Below the pieces are notes generated by a model. That model had not been told where the DNA came from. It saw only the letters and a list, made by a program, of their open reading frames with translations, and did not search any database. A stretch of DNA of 63,745 bases, counting the filler, from Olpidium bornovanus S191 (Eukaryota; Fungi; Olpidiomycota): assembly GCA_017911155.1 (NCBI GenBank). It is 28 parts of 28 records of this genome, joined end to end, with 100 filler letters (N's around TTAATTAATTAA, not from the genome) between each part and the next. Parts side by side here need not be neighbours in the genome. Positions count along the whole stretch, not along the records: positions 24,402 to 25,628 come from JAEFCI010007989.1; positions 25,729 to 27,825 come from JAEFCI010013457.1; positions 27,926 to 29,658 come from JAEFCI010004007.1; positions 29,759 to 32,461 come from JAEFCI010001021.1; positions 32,562 to 35,389 come from JAEFCI010005622.1; positions 35,490 to 36,783 come from JAEFCI010007427.1; 22 more parts are not named here. One strand, 5' to 3'. The position numbers and the translations under genes are program-made. Positions within the stretch are counted from its first letter, which is position 1, and every line of letters starts with the position of its first letter. Of the stretch, positions 24,402 to 35,565 are shown one piece after another.

Positions 24402-25628
24402 CATGGCACAGGAAAGCTGTTTGTGTGAGCGCGGGCCCGCGAGGCGATTGTGCGCACATTTTGTAAATTTCAACCGCATTTAGAAGCCTCGGGAAACATC
24501 AGGGCAAACAAGCGAATTCCACGGAGCGCACCGAGGAACATCCCCTTGTCCGTGTTGGCCTTTTCGGCAATGAGCTTAGCTTGCTTCAGCTCCTCCGCGT
24601 TCGCCCTCTGCTGCGTGATGTCCCGGAGAACGACGATGGTGGCCGCTTCGCGGTCGCCGCTTTCGCTATTGCTGATGTTGGCCTCCGCGAGGAGCGGCGG
24701 CAGGCCCTGGCAGCGGCGAACTAGCAGCTCGCGGACGCCCGATCCCTGGATGAAGCACCGCACGTCGTCGCCGGAGCTGCCCCCGGCTGTGATGATCTGA
24801 TCAACGAGCGACTGGCGGACAGCGAACGTGGGCCTGCCGGTCCGGTGGCTGCCGGACTGCAAGGAAAGAGAAGATTCCGGCGTCTGCATCGCGGACACCG
24901 ACGTGTCGGTATCGTCGACTCCTGTTTCGCTCTTTTCGCTCCTGAACTCTGGCCGGCTGAAGAGGTCCGAGGACGTAAGGCCGAGCAATCGCGGGCGGTG
25001 GCCGAACAAGTCGAAGGCCGCCTTATTGTAGTGGCGAACACGCCCGTACACGTCAAAGACAACGAGCGGGTCTTGTACGCAAGTTTTAGCAGGACCAAAA
25101 TCGAAGCATCGCAGTGTCAACTTTCACCGGACATCGGAACCGAGGGGCCAGAGGTAGAACATGCCAACGGAGGACCGGCGAAATGTGTGCACAGCCGTAG
25201 GCATTACCAGCAATTGCTTTGAGGATGGTATTGGCGCTTGCTTGCATCCGCGTAAATTCCAGCATCATGACCTTCTTCTCCTTGGCCGACAGTCTCGCTG
25301 TCCTCCTCGCGTGCAGGAAGCGCTCGGTGAACATGTTGGCAAGGAACGCAGAAGTGACGGTGATGAACACTGCCGCGACCGCCACGAACCAGCCGTTGGC
25401 GTCCACGTAGCGGATGTACCGGCGGCACTGCAACACCCAGGGTGAAGTCCCGTCGGCCCTGCCTCTGACGTCCAGTATTACCTTGTCATACTGGAAGCTA
25501 GCTTGTGGCATGAAGGGCTCGCTCGCGGATCCCGAGCTGTCTGGGTCTCTGGAGTTGAACACGACGTAGTCGCGGAATACCACGCGCGCTGCCAGCTCGG
25601 TATCCTGGTCCGTGACAGCACCCCTGAC
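24402..25628 (-). CDS. Sensor histidine kinase fragment: extracellular (CHASE-like?) end, TM helix, PAS, start of HisKA; partial at both ends
   Basis: TM WFVAVAAVFITVTSAFLANMF; PAS DPLVVFDVYGRVRHYNKAAFDLFG...IVVLRDITQQR; coiled coil ELKQAKLIAEKAN; H-box KGMFL|AFLCH(E) via intron 24531-24417. Exons 25628-25208, 25071-24532, 24416-24402. Confidence 0.88.
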
Positions 25629-25793
25629 NNNNNNNNNNNNNNNNNNNNNNNNNNNNNNNNNNNNNNNNNNNNTTAATTAATTAANNNNNNNNNNNNNNNN
25701 NNNNNNNNNNNNNNNNNNNNNNNNNNNNAGCGGGGCCCCCAAACCAGAAACGCCAAGGGGGTTTTTCGGCGACCGCGCCCCTTTTGGGGCCGG

Positions 25794-25841
<48 letters not shown>

Positions 25842-26519
25842 GTCAACGTTCAGACTTCTGCTCCGTCACGGGCATGGAGGGAGATCGCGGAAGTCAAACG
25901 AAGGGCAAAGCCCGACCAGCGGTGGGGCACAATCGCTTCCCGCAGCTGTCGCAGCGGGCACGCCGCCAGAAGCCGCACAAACGCTTCGCACGCGTTTCGG
26001 AAGCTGCTGCGCGGTATCCAGTGCCCAGAAAAAGGGCGTTTCAGGAAGCCGGCGCAACCGGAACGCCGGAAAATCGAAGAATTCGAGAGTGAGCTTATCA
26101 GCGAGCGGCCTCGAAATGCAAATCTGGCCACGCGCCGCCGAGCGGGCGGATCACACCTGCCCTGTTTTCGACCTTCCTTCCACGGTGCTTTTCAAACGGT
26201 CGGATCCCGTAAGCCGTAAGCGGTTGTTTTCGGGCGCTCCGACGAACTACAGCTCCCGAATAAATGCCTCCGGATCACCCGTGCCCGTCGGTTGCCCCAG
26301 TTTGCCGCGCATTCCCATCGAGCAAGTAAATGTTGCAGAGATCCTTTTCGCGTCTGACCCGGTTCTCACCAACGGTGGCGTCTGTACCTCCCGGCCGCAC
26401 ACTTCGAAACGGCAGAAAACAACGCAACGCCACCAAAACGACAAAGAAACGGCCGCCTTGTCAGCAGCTGCGGTCATCCTCGTCAGCCGTTTCTTCCGAT
26501 GGCTACGTGGACAATGTAG

Positions 26520-27200
26520 TACATTGACCCCTCAACGGGGATACCGCATTTAAGCGCCTGTTTCCGGATGAATAACCGCTCATCTCGTTCCTGGAGGCCG
26601 TTATCCAGCAAACCGATTTGTTCGCGCAGGTCACCCGCTCGAAGGCGAAACAAGCCCTGAAACACCCGGGTGTATCGCCTGGCTTTCTGGCTTCCGTGCC
26701 TGGATTGCGCTTCCAGCCCGGTTGAGCTTTCCGTGACCTCTGCCGCCCCCCAAAACAGACAGCTGACTGCCGGGCGTCGCCGTAGTGGGCCATTGAATCT
26801 CTGTACCTCCCCGACGAAAGCGTGAGCTTCGATTAGGTCAACTCGGTCGTTCGGTGCGGGTATCGTTGCGGTAATGGACGACGAGGAAGTCGTCAACTGG
26901 AAGATGCCGAGAGCGGCGCTGACGTACTACTTGGACCGGATCGCATACTATGGTGACCGACCGAGAGCAGCGGGTGGTCCGGCGAGCAACGTCAACGAAA
27001 CATATCTCTGGAGACGGGACTGTTCTCCAGGAGAAGGACGAAGGAGTCGTGGAACTACCATTGTGCAAGGTGCATCGTAATGTCAATGTGCGACTTTTTC
27101 TGGTCCAAGTGCCCGGGCATCCCGGAGGGCCGTCTGTCGTAACGGTTAGTCTGTTCATCCCTCATATTTGGTATGTGCCAGCTCCCACCTCCCAGCTGCG
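26520..27200 (+). pseudogene. Degenerate Rpn-family / PD-(D/E)XK nuclease-family 'transposase' (PF12784-like)
   Basis: Colinear motifs across frames: YIDPST/DTAFKRLFPDE*PLISFLEAVI, AIESLYL, EEVVNWKMPRA (for IVEMQ), YYLDRIAYYG, WNYHCARCIVMSMCDF, LIFGMCQLP (for FIELP). Frameshifts and in-frame stops are present. Confidence 0.65.
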
Positions 27201-27704
27201 AAATTGCCTGCTTCTCCGCTCCGCCAAGCGGGCCCGGTTGATCATCCCTTCGGTCACTTTTTGTCAAAAAGTTGCACGCCATTGCTTCACTCAAAGGGGG
27301 TGGTCAGGAATCTTGTACGTCATGTAAACGACAAAGAGACCGCGGGAAAATGCCGTTCCAGACAGCCACAAGTCGTAGTCCTCACAGTCGGACGGCCTGG
27401 GATGTTCTCGGGCACTCCTCCCGCTCTAATCGAGTGAACCGTTCACGCAGGGGCGTCGCTAAATGCCAGGCAGGGAGCGATATGTCCGACAGGTTTGTTC
27501 CCGTTCTGGACGCCGAGGGAGATGTGCTTCGCGCCGGACGCGAGTGTCTCTCTCCCTTTGAATGATCAGAAGCGGCAGCGCAGCGCAGCACAAGTTGCGG
27601 TCGCCATATATGCTCCAGTGGGTGGCCTGGATCTCTCTCCACTTTGCTGATGCAGGAATATAACACGACGACTCGCGCCAGCCCTCCGCAAGCGCTTGGG
27701 GGAT

Positions 27705-27825
27705 CATGTTCAAAGACAACGACAACCAGCGGAAGTTGGACGACCTCGATCTAGACGACATCCTGGCCCGCGCGGAGCACACGGAGACAATGACCGGCGG
27801 GATCGACTCCGACGGCGGCGCGCAG
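27705..27825 (+). CDS. CHD1: Internal fragment of chromodomain helicase Chd1, just after the helicase domain
   Basis: MFKDNDNQRKLDDLDLDDILARAEHTET...DGGAQ matches the Chd1 motif MF...NQKKLE.L.LD.VL..AE. Homology stops abruptly at the CATG at 27705. Confidence 0.7.
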
Positions 27826-27925
27826 NNNNNNNNNNNNNNNNNNNNNNNNNNNNNNNNNNNNNNNNNNNNTTAATTAATTAANNNNNNNNNNNNNNNNNNN
27901 NNNNNNNNNNNNNNNNNNNNNNNNN

Positions 27926-27983
<58 letters not shown>

Positions 27984-28367
27984 CGCCCCCCCCCCCCCCC
28001 CCCCCCCCCCCCCGTCGCGGGAAAAGGAAGGGGGAATCGACGACGACGGCGAGAGGACCCGAGGAAGCGGGGGCCGGCCGGTCTGGGCTGCGAGGAGAGC
28101 CGGAGAAACGTCGGCTGCGGCGGCGGGGAGGCGCGGACAAGGGAGTCGGGGGAGGGTGGGAGGGGGCGGGGAGAAGGCAGGAAAAATATTAAAAAAAAGG
28201 AAAGAAAGACTGGCCTCTTCCCGCGTCTCTCGCGGCGATCGCGCGCGCAGCCTTTCCCGCCTCCCACCCCCCCCTCTCCTTCCTGCGCGCGCGCTTCTCT
28301 GAAGCCAATCAAACGGGCGCGCATCGCGGCCGACCGAACGCTGATCCCCGGATAAGCCGACGTCAAG

Positions 28368-29588
28368 ATGGCCAAGGCCGAGCCGTCCTTCCGGAAAAGG
28401 GCCCCGCCGAAATCGGAAAAGAACGCCGACGTTCCGTCGAGCGGGGGCGCGGCCGCCGGCCGCGGCGCCGCAGAGCAAGATTCCGCGGCGTTGCGCGACG
28501 TTCCAGCGAACCGGCGGAAGGCCTTGAAGGTGAGAGCGGAACGGCCCAAGGCGCGTTTCTTTGGTTCTGGCGTGATCCCCGGGCGTCGGAGAAACTCGAA
28601 CGAGGCGGGGCAGCGGGGCAGCGGGACCTTCCCTGGATTTCGCGGGAAGCTTCGATTTCGGGGTGCTGGTCTCCTCTTGCCCGGTTTGCCGGTGTTCGCC
28701 GCCGCTCGTCGCGCTAGAACTGCGGATCGCCCCCATCCACCTCCACAGGTTCTCGGCGCGGCCAACGTCATCGACAATGTAACTTCTACAAACGACCGCA
28801 TTCTCCTGGCGGTAATAACTGTTCTTGCGATCCTGACCCGGTTCTGGAAGATTCACGAGCCGGCGCAAGTTGTGTACGTGGCGCGGGGGACTTTGTCGGG
28901 CGACCTGCTTCTCGCTTACACGAAGTTTCGAAAGATAAACCCGTGCAAGCTGCGCCTGATCGAACACCTGACGCTCCGCGAGGACACGCCTTCTCCCGCA
29001 GTTTTGACGAGGTCCACTTCGGCAAGTTCGCTTCCTACTACCTCCGACGGACTTACTTCTTCGACGTGCACCCACCGCTGGCCAAACTCATGCTGGCCGG
29101 CGTGGGGTTCTTCCTTGGTTACGACGGTCACTATGCCTTCGACAGCATCGGCGGCGACTACGTGAAGGAGAACGTGCCCTACGTTGGGCTGAGGTCTTTG
29201 TCTGCTGCCCTCAGCTCTTTCACCGTTCCGTTTGTCTACCTTACCCTGAGGCACTCCGGGTTAGCCAAGGCCACCGCTTCCGTCGGTGCCTTCTTTGTTC
29301 TTTTCGGTGCGTGATATCCGCATAAAATCGTACGCCTCGGTTGACCGGACTGCTTCGGCTTGCGCAGGCCAGAGTGACACCCCGTTGAAAACGTCGGCCG
29401 CTCGCATTTTCTTGTTACCGGAGCCGTTTGCGCACCGCATGTCAGACTCTCTCGATTGACTTTTCTCTGTTGATCCTAGATAACGCTCTCGTCGGCCAAA
29501 CTCGGCTCATACTTCTTGATAGCACGCTGATATTTTTCATGATCGTATGCGTCTATTGCTGGGTACGTTTCTATAAACTGCGTAACCG
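28368..29588 (+). CDS. PMT4: Dolichyl-phosphate-mannose:protein O-mannosyltransferase, PMT4 subfamily, 3' partial
   Basis: TRFWKIHEPAQVV|FDEVHFGKFASYYLRRTYFFDVHPPLAK, NVPYVGLR, DNALVGQTRLILLD. The GKFASYY motif is PMT4-type. Confidence 0.92.
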
Positions 29589-30166
29589 GTATGTGATCAC
29601 TCTTTGCTTATTTTCGTTTCCTGCTCTGCTGGAAAAATGCCGGTGGCGCGATTGACCGNNNNNNNNNNNNNNNNNNNNNNNNNNNNNNNNNNNNNNNNNN
29701 NNTTAATTAATTAANNNNNNNNNNNNNNNNNNNNNNNNNNNNNNNNNNNNNNNNNNNNAGTAAAATACAGGGAAACATTCAGGGGTTCCGACTAAAATAA
29801 GCGAATTCTAACATTTCCTTCATAACACTCGCGCCCCAATGACTCCCGAACTTGGCTCAGCAGTCACGGCTCGTCATGTGATTTGTCCTCCGGCGCCCCG
29901 GGTTTCCTCATCCTCGTTTTGGCTTTCCTCCCGCGGGTCCACAAAGGGACGCTCCTTGTCCAGGTCGAAGTCGAGGACGACTATCGAATCGAGGTTTGCC
30001 TTCATGGTCTCACTACAGAAATGTCTAGAGTGTATTCCTCTTTTTCCGCTGGCGACCATCCACGAGTGGATGCATATTCGAGGTAAAGCCGTTGATGGTT
30101 ACCGATAGTGCTCATCAACGCACTGCTTTGAACGGTTTCCATCGGGCTGCGCGTAGATCACGCGAG

Positions 30167-30633
30167 TATGGTGCAGCTGCTCTAGACTCACAATTTTTTT
30201 ACCCAAACGTCAATCGCTACTGCTACCCACAAAAACAACATATCAAAAAACTCTTTATAGGAATTAAAGAACCAGACTAGATCTACATCCCAGTTAAAAC
30301 GGATTTGAGATTGCTCAACTTTTGACGGAGTAGTAGGCTGACAAAGTTACGTCCCTCTGGTGAAATTTGTATGGGGACCGACCGGATTTGATACGCCCAG
30401 AATTCAACTTGACAAAAAATTTTTATATGGGAAAATTTTTTTTATTAGATGCTGCTCTGATACACGTAGGGAAGCTATCTAATCGTTTTACGGATGCGGT
30501 GATGAGATCTAAAATGTTTTTCGGCACGTAATTTCTTCTCCGCTGCTTCAGCTTCGTGCACATCAAGTTCCCACGGAAATTTTTTTTGAAACCAATTTGA
30601 TACAATTTGTGAATCTAGAGCAGCTGCACCATA
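30167..30633. mobile_element. MITE-like non-autonomous DNA transposon, about 467 bp, 27-bp inverted termini (26/27), possible TA target duplication
   Basis: TATGGTGCAGCTGCTCTAGACTCACAA (30167-30193) vs TTGTGAATCTAGAGCAGCTGCACCATA (30607-30633). The interior is AT-rich and non-coding. Confidence 0.7.
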
Positions 30634-30761
30634 GGTCGAAGGGAGGCGCCTCTGAAAGTGCAGAGCTCGGCGGAGAATTTTTGTTTGGTGGTTGTTGTTG
30701 TTGGTCATTTGTTTTTCTGTTGCGGATGGGAAAAGGCCGGGGGACCAGGGGAAGAAAGGGA

Positions 30762-30796
<35 letters not shown>

Positions 30797-30870
30797 CCGC
30801 TTGAAATCCACGACAAGAGCCCCTTGAACTGCCTCCCTCCCCCTGAACCACCCGCCCGCCTCCGGACAGT

Positions 30871-32461
30871 ATGGCGCCCGCGACGACGGCGGCGACGGCC
30901 GCGGCGAGGAGGGCGCACGCGAGCGGGGTGGCGGTGGAAGAACCCTTTCTGCTGGCGAGATTCTCGTCGCCCGTCCCGTCGGGCGCACGGTGGCCCGGAA
31001 CTGCCGCTGCGCCGGCGAACGCGGCAGCGGCGGCGACGGGCAGGAGGACACCGGGCAAGAAGGGCAAGGGCAGCGCAGCAGCCGCCGCCGCCGCCGCTGG
31101 AGAGGCGCCCCTTGCGCCTCTTGTTTCCCTCAGCGCGGTCGTGGACAACACCGGCATCAACACTGCCGCCTCAACGAGAGCCTCAAGCACCGACGACGAC
31201 GACAGGTGCCCGGACCTCGTGTTGGGCGTCGCCGGCGAGGGGATACACACGTTCAATGTGAGTCCTTTGGGAAGGAGTGGTGCGTGGAGCGCGGCCAAAT
31301 TTCGCCGTGTTTGATGCTGCCGGCTGCTGCGCAGAGTCTTCCGCCCACCCTCGTTTTTTTCCTGCCTGTCCACCTTCGTTGCTTACCCTACTTCCGACGC
31401 TTGCAATGCGTAGACCGCCAGCCAGAAGCGCACCAAGTCGTACCCTGCTCCGCCGGGATTCCGACTCCGAGGTTCGGCCAGGGCGCAGTCGTTCGCGAAA
31501 ACAACGAACATCTACGCTGCTCTGGACGCTGGACCCGTGCAGGACATCGCGGAGGGAGATTCTGGCAGGGTCGTCTGGCGATGGGAGGAGACGGAGAGGG
31601 ACGGCTTCGGGAACAAGACAACAATCAAGGTGCGAGGCACCGCTCGCGAAAAGAAGCAGTCCCGCGGAAGCCAGCGAAACTGTGTTGTCTCGTCGCGGAC
31701 TTGTTGGACCTGACTTCACCTCCTACTGTTTCTTTTTGTGCTGCGCTGCGTTACCGAATTCGTTAGCTGACGAAGCCGATCCATTCACTGGATCTTTCGC
31801 GGAACTTGTCGGACAAGTGCGCGGTGGTGGTGCAGGAGGACGGGTCGCTGACCCTCGTGCTGGAAGACTTTTCGCGAACGGTCGCCTCCTGTGACGCGCC
31901 GCGACCGGGATTACGGGTGGCGTGGAGTACGACGCACCTGTGCGGCGACAACGTTGTCAGGGTGTTCGTTGTGCTCCTGGATCCACGAGGAACTGCCGAT
32001 GTGGCCTGGTACGACGTCGACGCCGAAGGCGCGTCCGTGAATCTCAGCGCCATAGGGGCCGTCCCATCGCAGGACGGCGGCACTGTCGCTGTCGCGTACG
32101 CATTCGAACCCTCGATGCGACAGTTTTCTCTCATTTGTGAGTGTCATTCCATTTGGGAATTGTGTGCTAGTGACGCTGCCGTGGACGCGCGGCACCGACG
32201 CTCCCTAATTTTTGTGGTTGATGGTTTGCTTGTGTAGCGGCCCGCGGGGAGTTGGTTGTTTACAGACTGGACATCCGGCCTGGGAAGGAGGCACCTCACT
32301 TCGAATTGCTGCCTGTAGAGATGCTGCGGATCCCGCTGAACATGTCCGTTGTCAGTGAAGGAGAAACGTCTTTCCCACCGGCTTCGTGTGCCCTCGCCGT
32401 GGCCGGTCCGTCGTACCTGGCCGTTTTAGTGCCCTCGGCACGCGCCCGTTCGGCAGTCGAT
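30871..32461 (+). CDS. NOL11/Utp8-like U3 snoRNP (t-UTP) beta-propeller protein, 3' partial
   Basis: VAVEEPFLLARF, DLVLGVAGEGIHTFN|TASQKRTKSY, IYAALD...RVVWRW resemble the NOL11 N-terminus. Canonical introns. Confidence 0.55.
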
Positions 32462-32561
32462 NNNNNNNNNNNNNNNNNNNNNNNNNNNNNNNNNNNNNNN
32501 NNNNNTTAATTAATTAANNNNNNNNNNNNNNNNNNNNNNNNNNNNNNNNNNNNNNNNNNNN

Positions 32562-32830
32562 CATGCATAGCGACTGGATGACAGTCCGAGTATTGTATTT
32601 TGGTTAAGAGGCGAAGAATGTACTGCTCCTGGTCCAGAAAGAGACCAGTGGCGTGAGTCGTTACGTGCATTCCAAGATTTTGGGTTAAAGGGCAGCCGTC
32701 ACCCGGTTCAAACTTAGCGGCGAGGCGCTGTTCCAAGGATTGAAGGATTGGAAGGCGGGGTCCAGTGATCCCAAGGTCAACAACGTAAATAACGAGTAAC
32801 TCTACAATCTGGGCCGTTCTGATAATGCGT
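32562..32830 (-). mobile_element. Degenerate Ty1/copia reverse transcriptase fragment
   Basis: LLVIYVVDLGITG (YVDD mutated), LAAKFEPGDG, NLGMHV, GLFLDQEQYILRLL...DCHPV follow the RVT_2 consensus. Confidence 0.8.
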
Positions 32831-34098
32831 GTTATATGCAAGGCTCATGCTGTACTGCGGCTGGGTTGTAACGTTTATATTTTCCGCGTCAGGTCCGAGC
32901 GGGATGCTACAGGTGAGGCGACGAGGGCTAACGAGTACGGTGGAAAGGCATTCCCCTGGTTTGTTCGAGTCTGGGGAGTTTGGGAGTCGGCGTGCAACGG
33001 AGCTACGAACGGGAAGGGCGCTATTTATGCTCAAAACGAGCGGAGGGGCAGAACGGCGGCGGTGTTCGTTCCTCGTCCGCGCGGTCGCAGGCGCGGTCGC
33101 GGTCCCTCTCCCGCGCGAGTCGCGGTCCCCACGCGGGGGGGTTCCGTGTTCGCGCGGTTGCGCGCCGGGGCAGTCTCTTTCGCCAAGAATCCAGGCCACT
33201 TTGACCCGTGGGAAGGTACGTTTCGCGAGAAAAAACCCTCGCAACGTGCCAACAACGACTGGAGAATGATGTGACCGCTAGAGGTGTGGGGAAATTGGTG
33301 GGAAGGTACGACCTCCTCACCCGCGACGAAGGAGCGGGTGAGTCGCGGGCAGAAGGGCCGAGCAGAAAGGCCCCGTCATAGCAGAAGCCGCCGCCGAAGG
33401 CGCCCAGCCGTCTGGGCATGGCCCACAGCGACCGCGCAAAAGGCGCACCTACCACCGGCCGCGCCGCAGGCCGCGTACCCTCTGCTCCTTCGGGCGCTAG
33501 CCCTATGGCCTTCTTCGTAGTAATGCGCCCCCATGTTTGAAATAAAATAGACACGTCGCCGCGTATTATCTGACCTGTTGGCAATTGTCAGTCGTCTTAC
33601 AGCTGGCGTTGCATTTGACATGATTTGCCAAATTCCTGCTAAAACCGGTTCACCCATAATGAAATGCACTCTGGGACATCGTTGACACTCCCAATGTTTT
33701 TTGAAAAAAGCATGCCGAATTTCCATCCGCTATGATTAGGGGGTCTGAAATGCGGATGACGGGAGCGTTCGACAGAGTGGCCTCTAGCGTTTCCATAACA
33801 TACCTCGTAATTTTGCGTTGTTCCTGCGAGACTTTTTTTTTTTTTTATTTCGGCCACGTCTGGGCGCTTCCGATTCTGGGTCACCCGCGGCTTTTCTCTG
33901 ATACTTTTCGTGGCAGGCGGACAGACGTTGTGTGCGTGCACGAGCGTGCGGCGGTGCGAAAACATGCAATGGTGGCCGGCACAGAGTGTCTGAAGGCCGA
34001 GGGGCGGAGAAGAAAATAGAAGGAAGCCGGGCGAGCGCGCAAGCAGGTGAGGAGGGGGAGGGGGGAAAGGGAGGGCGGTTGTTCGTTTTTTTGGCTCG

Positions 34099-35091
34099 TC
34101 AGGCGGGAGCTTGCCCGACGCTGGGCTGCTGCTGCTGGCTGTTGCCGAACGGGGTCAGCGAGTACGGCCTGATCGCGGTGGGCGTGGACCTCCTCCTGCC
34201 GCCCTGCAGCAGCTGGCTGAGAAGGGAACGGGGCGCTCTCGCACCGCGCGCGCTCGGCAGGCGGCGGTCGAACGACATGCTGCGGTGGACGGGGCAGTTG
34301 CGCGGGTTCGACGTGCAGACCGGCCGCGGCGGCGGCGGGCGGTGGGGAGCGCGACTGCGGTTTGCGGCCGTCTCCCAGGAAGGAGAGCCGGCGGCGGCCG
34401 ACGCGTTCGCGCCGGCGTCGGCCTGCGGCGCCTCGCGGCGGCGCACAGGGAAGTCCCGCTGGACGACGGCGGGACGGCCCTCGCAGGAGACGGGGGCGGA
34501 ATCGGCAAGCGTCTTTCTCTTCCAGTTGAGCTCGCAGCGGTGGCGGAACTCGTCGAGCAGGCGCCTCGCCTGCTGCCGCTCCCGATCCTCGTCGGCGGGG
34601 GCGGGCTCGGCGGCGCCGTCGCGCGGCGAGGCGCCGCCTCTCGGCGGCTCCCGAGGCCGGCCGCGCGGACGGCGCGGGGGATCCCCGTTCTCTTCGTCGT
34701 CTCGCTCGCTGTCGTCGGCCCTGTCCGAGTCGATGTCAGCTCCGAACAGGAGGACCGGCGGGACCGCAGCGTCGTCCGGGTGGCTGGTCCCGTGCGACCG
34801 CGGCGGCGGAGGCGACGACGGACGCGCGCGCTGGTTCCGGCAGGGAACGTCCACCGGGGCGGCGGCGACCGCAACAGCGGCAGCGCGGCTTGCGCGGCCG
34901 CCGGGGCAGTCCGCGCAAGCCGCACAGCGGCGCCGCGCCCGCCCGGAGCCGCGCGGCGCCCAGGACTCGGCGACCTCCGGGGCCGCCGCCGCCGCCGCCG
35001 CGAAGGGGGCGCTGCGCGCCTGCAGTTTCGAACGCCTCTGTCCGCCGGAGCAGTCGAGCGGCTTGCACGAGGAGCGAGCGTAGGAGGGCAT
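34099..35091 (-). CDS. Hypothetical low-complexity protein (330 aa, single ORF)
   Basis: ATG-to-stop ORF with an acidic patch and short ordered segments (RRLLDEFRHRCELNWKRK, RSLLSQLL). All six frames are open here, so support is weak. Confidence 0.3.
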   Translation of the reverse strand: MPSYARSSCKPLDCSGGQRRSKLQARSAPFAAAAAAAPEVAESWAPRGSGRARRRCAACADCPGGRASRAAAVAVAAAPVDVPCRNQRARPSSPPPPRSHGTSHPDDAAVPPVLLFGADIDSDRADDSERDDEENGDPPRRPRGRPREPPRGGASPRDGAAEPAPADEDRERQQARRLLDEFRHRCELNWKRKTLADSAPVSCEGRPAVVQRDFPVRRREAPQADAGANASAAAGSPSWETAANRSRAPHRPPPPRPVCTSNPRNCPVHRSMSFDRRLPSARGARAPRSLLSQLLQGGRRRSTPTAIRPYSLTPFGNSQQQQPSVGQAPA

Positions 35092-35319
35092 TCCTGGGTC
35101 GCGGCGAGAGGGAGCGGCGACCTCCCCGTTCCCCGCCGTCGTCCGTTTTTGAGTTCGGGGGGGGGGGGCGGCGCTATTTTCGGGCCCTTTTGCGCGGGGG
35201 GGAGAAGGGAAGGAAGGAAAGAAAAGGGGTCTCTCTGAAAAGGGTCAGGGGATGAGGAGGAAAAGGGTCAAAGGAGAAAAAGGAAAGGGGGATGAGAGAG
35301 AGAGAGAGAGAGAGAGCGG

Positions 35320-35353
<34 letters not shown>

Positions 35354-35489
35354 AAAACCCCCCCCCCCCCCCCCCGCCCCCCTCTCCCCNNNNNNNNNNN
35401 NNNNNNNNNNNNNNNNNNNNNNNNNNNNNNNNNTTAATTAATTAANNNNNNNNNNNNNNNNNNNNNNNNNNNNNNNNNNNNNNNNNNNN

Positions 35490-35565
35490 CGATGATGAAG
35501 AGGAACAGCCACACGACGTCGACGAAGTGCCAGTACCAGGCAGCCGCTTCGAAGCCGAAATGCTG
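35490..35565 (-). CDS. cox3: Cytochrome c oxidase subunit III C-terminal fragment, GC-rich with TGG=Trp
   Basis: Translates [25 protein letters not shown], the conserved COX3 last helix. Preceded by C10-AG and truncated by the linker. Confidence 0.88.

Noticed and set aside
33932-35238. Multiple overlapping long ORFs on both strands as overlapping genes (also 55070-57234 and 59137-60390)
   Set aside because: Very high GC depletes stop codons; the products are Arg/Gly/Pro-rich shadow frames without motifs.
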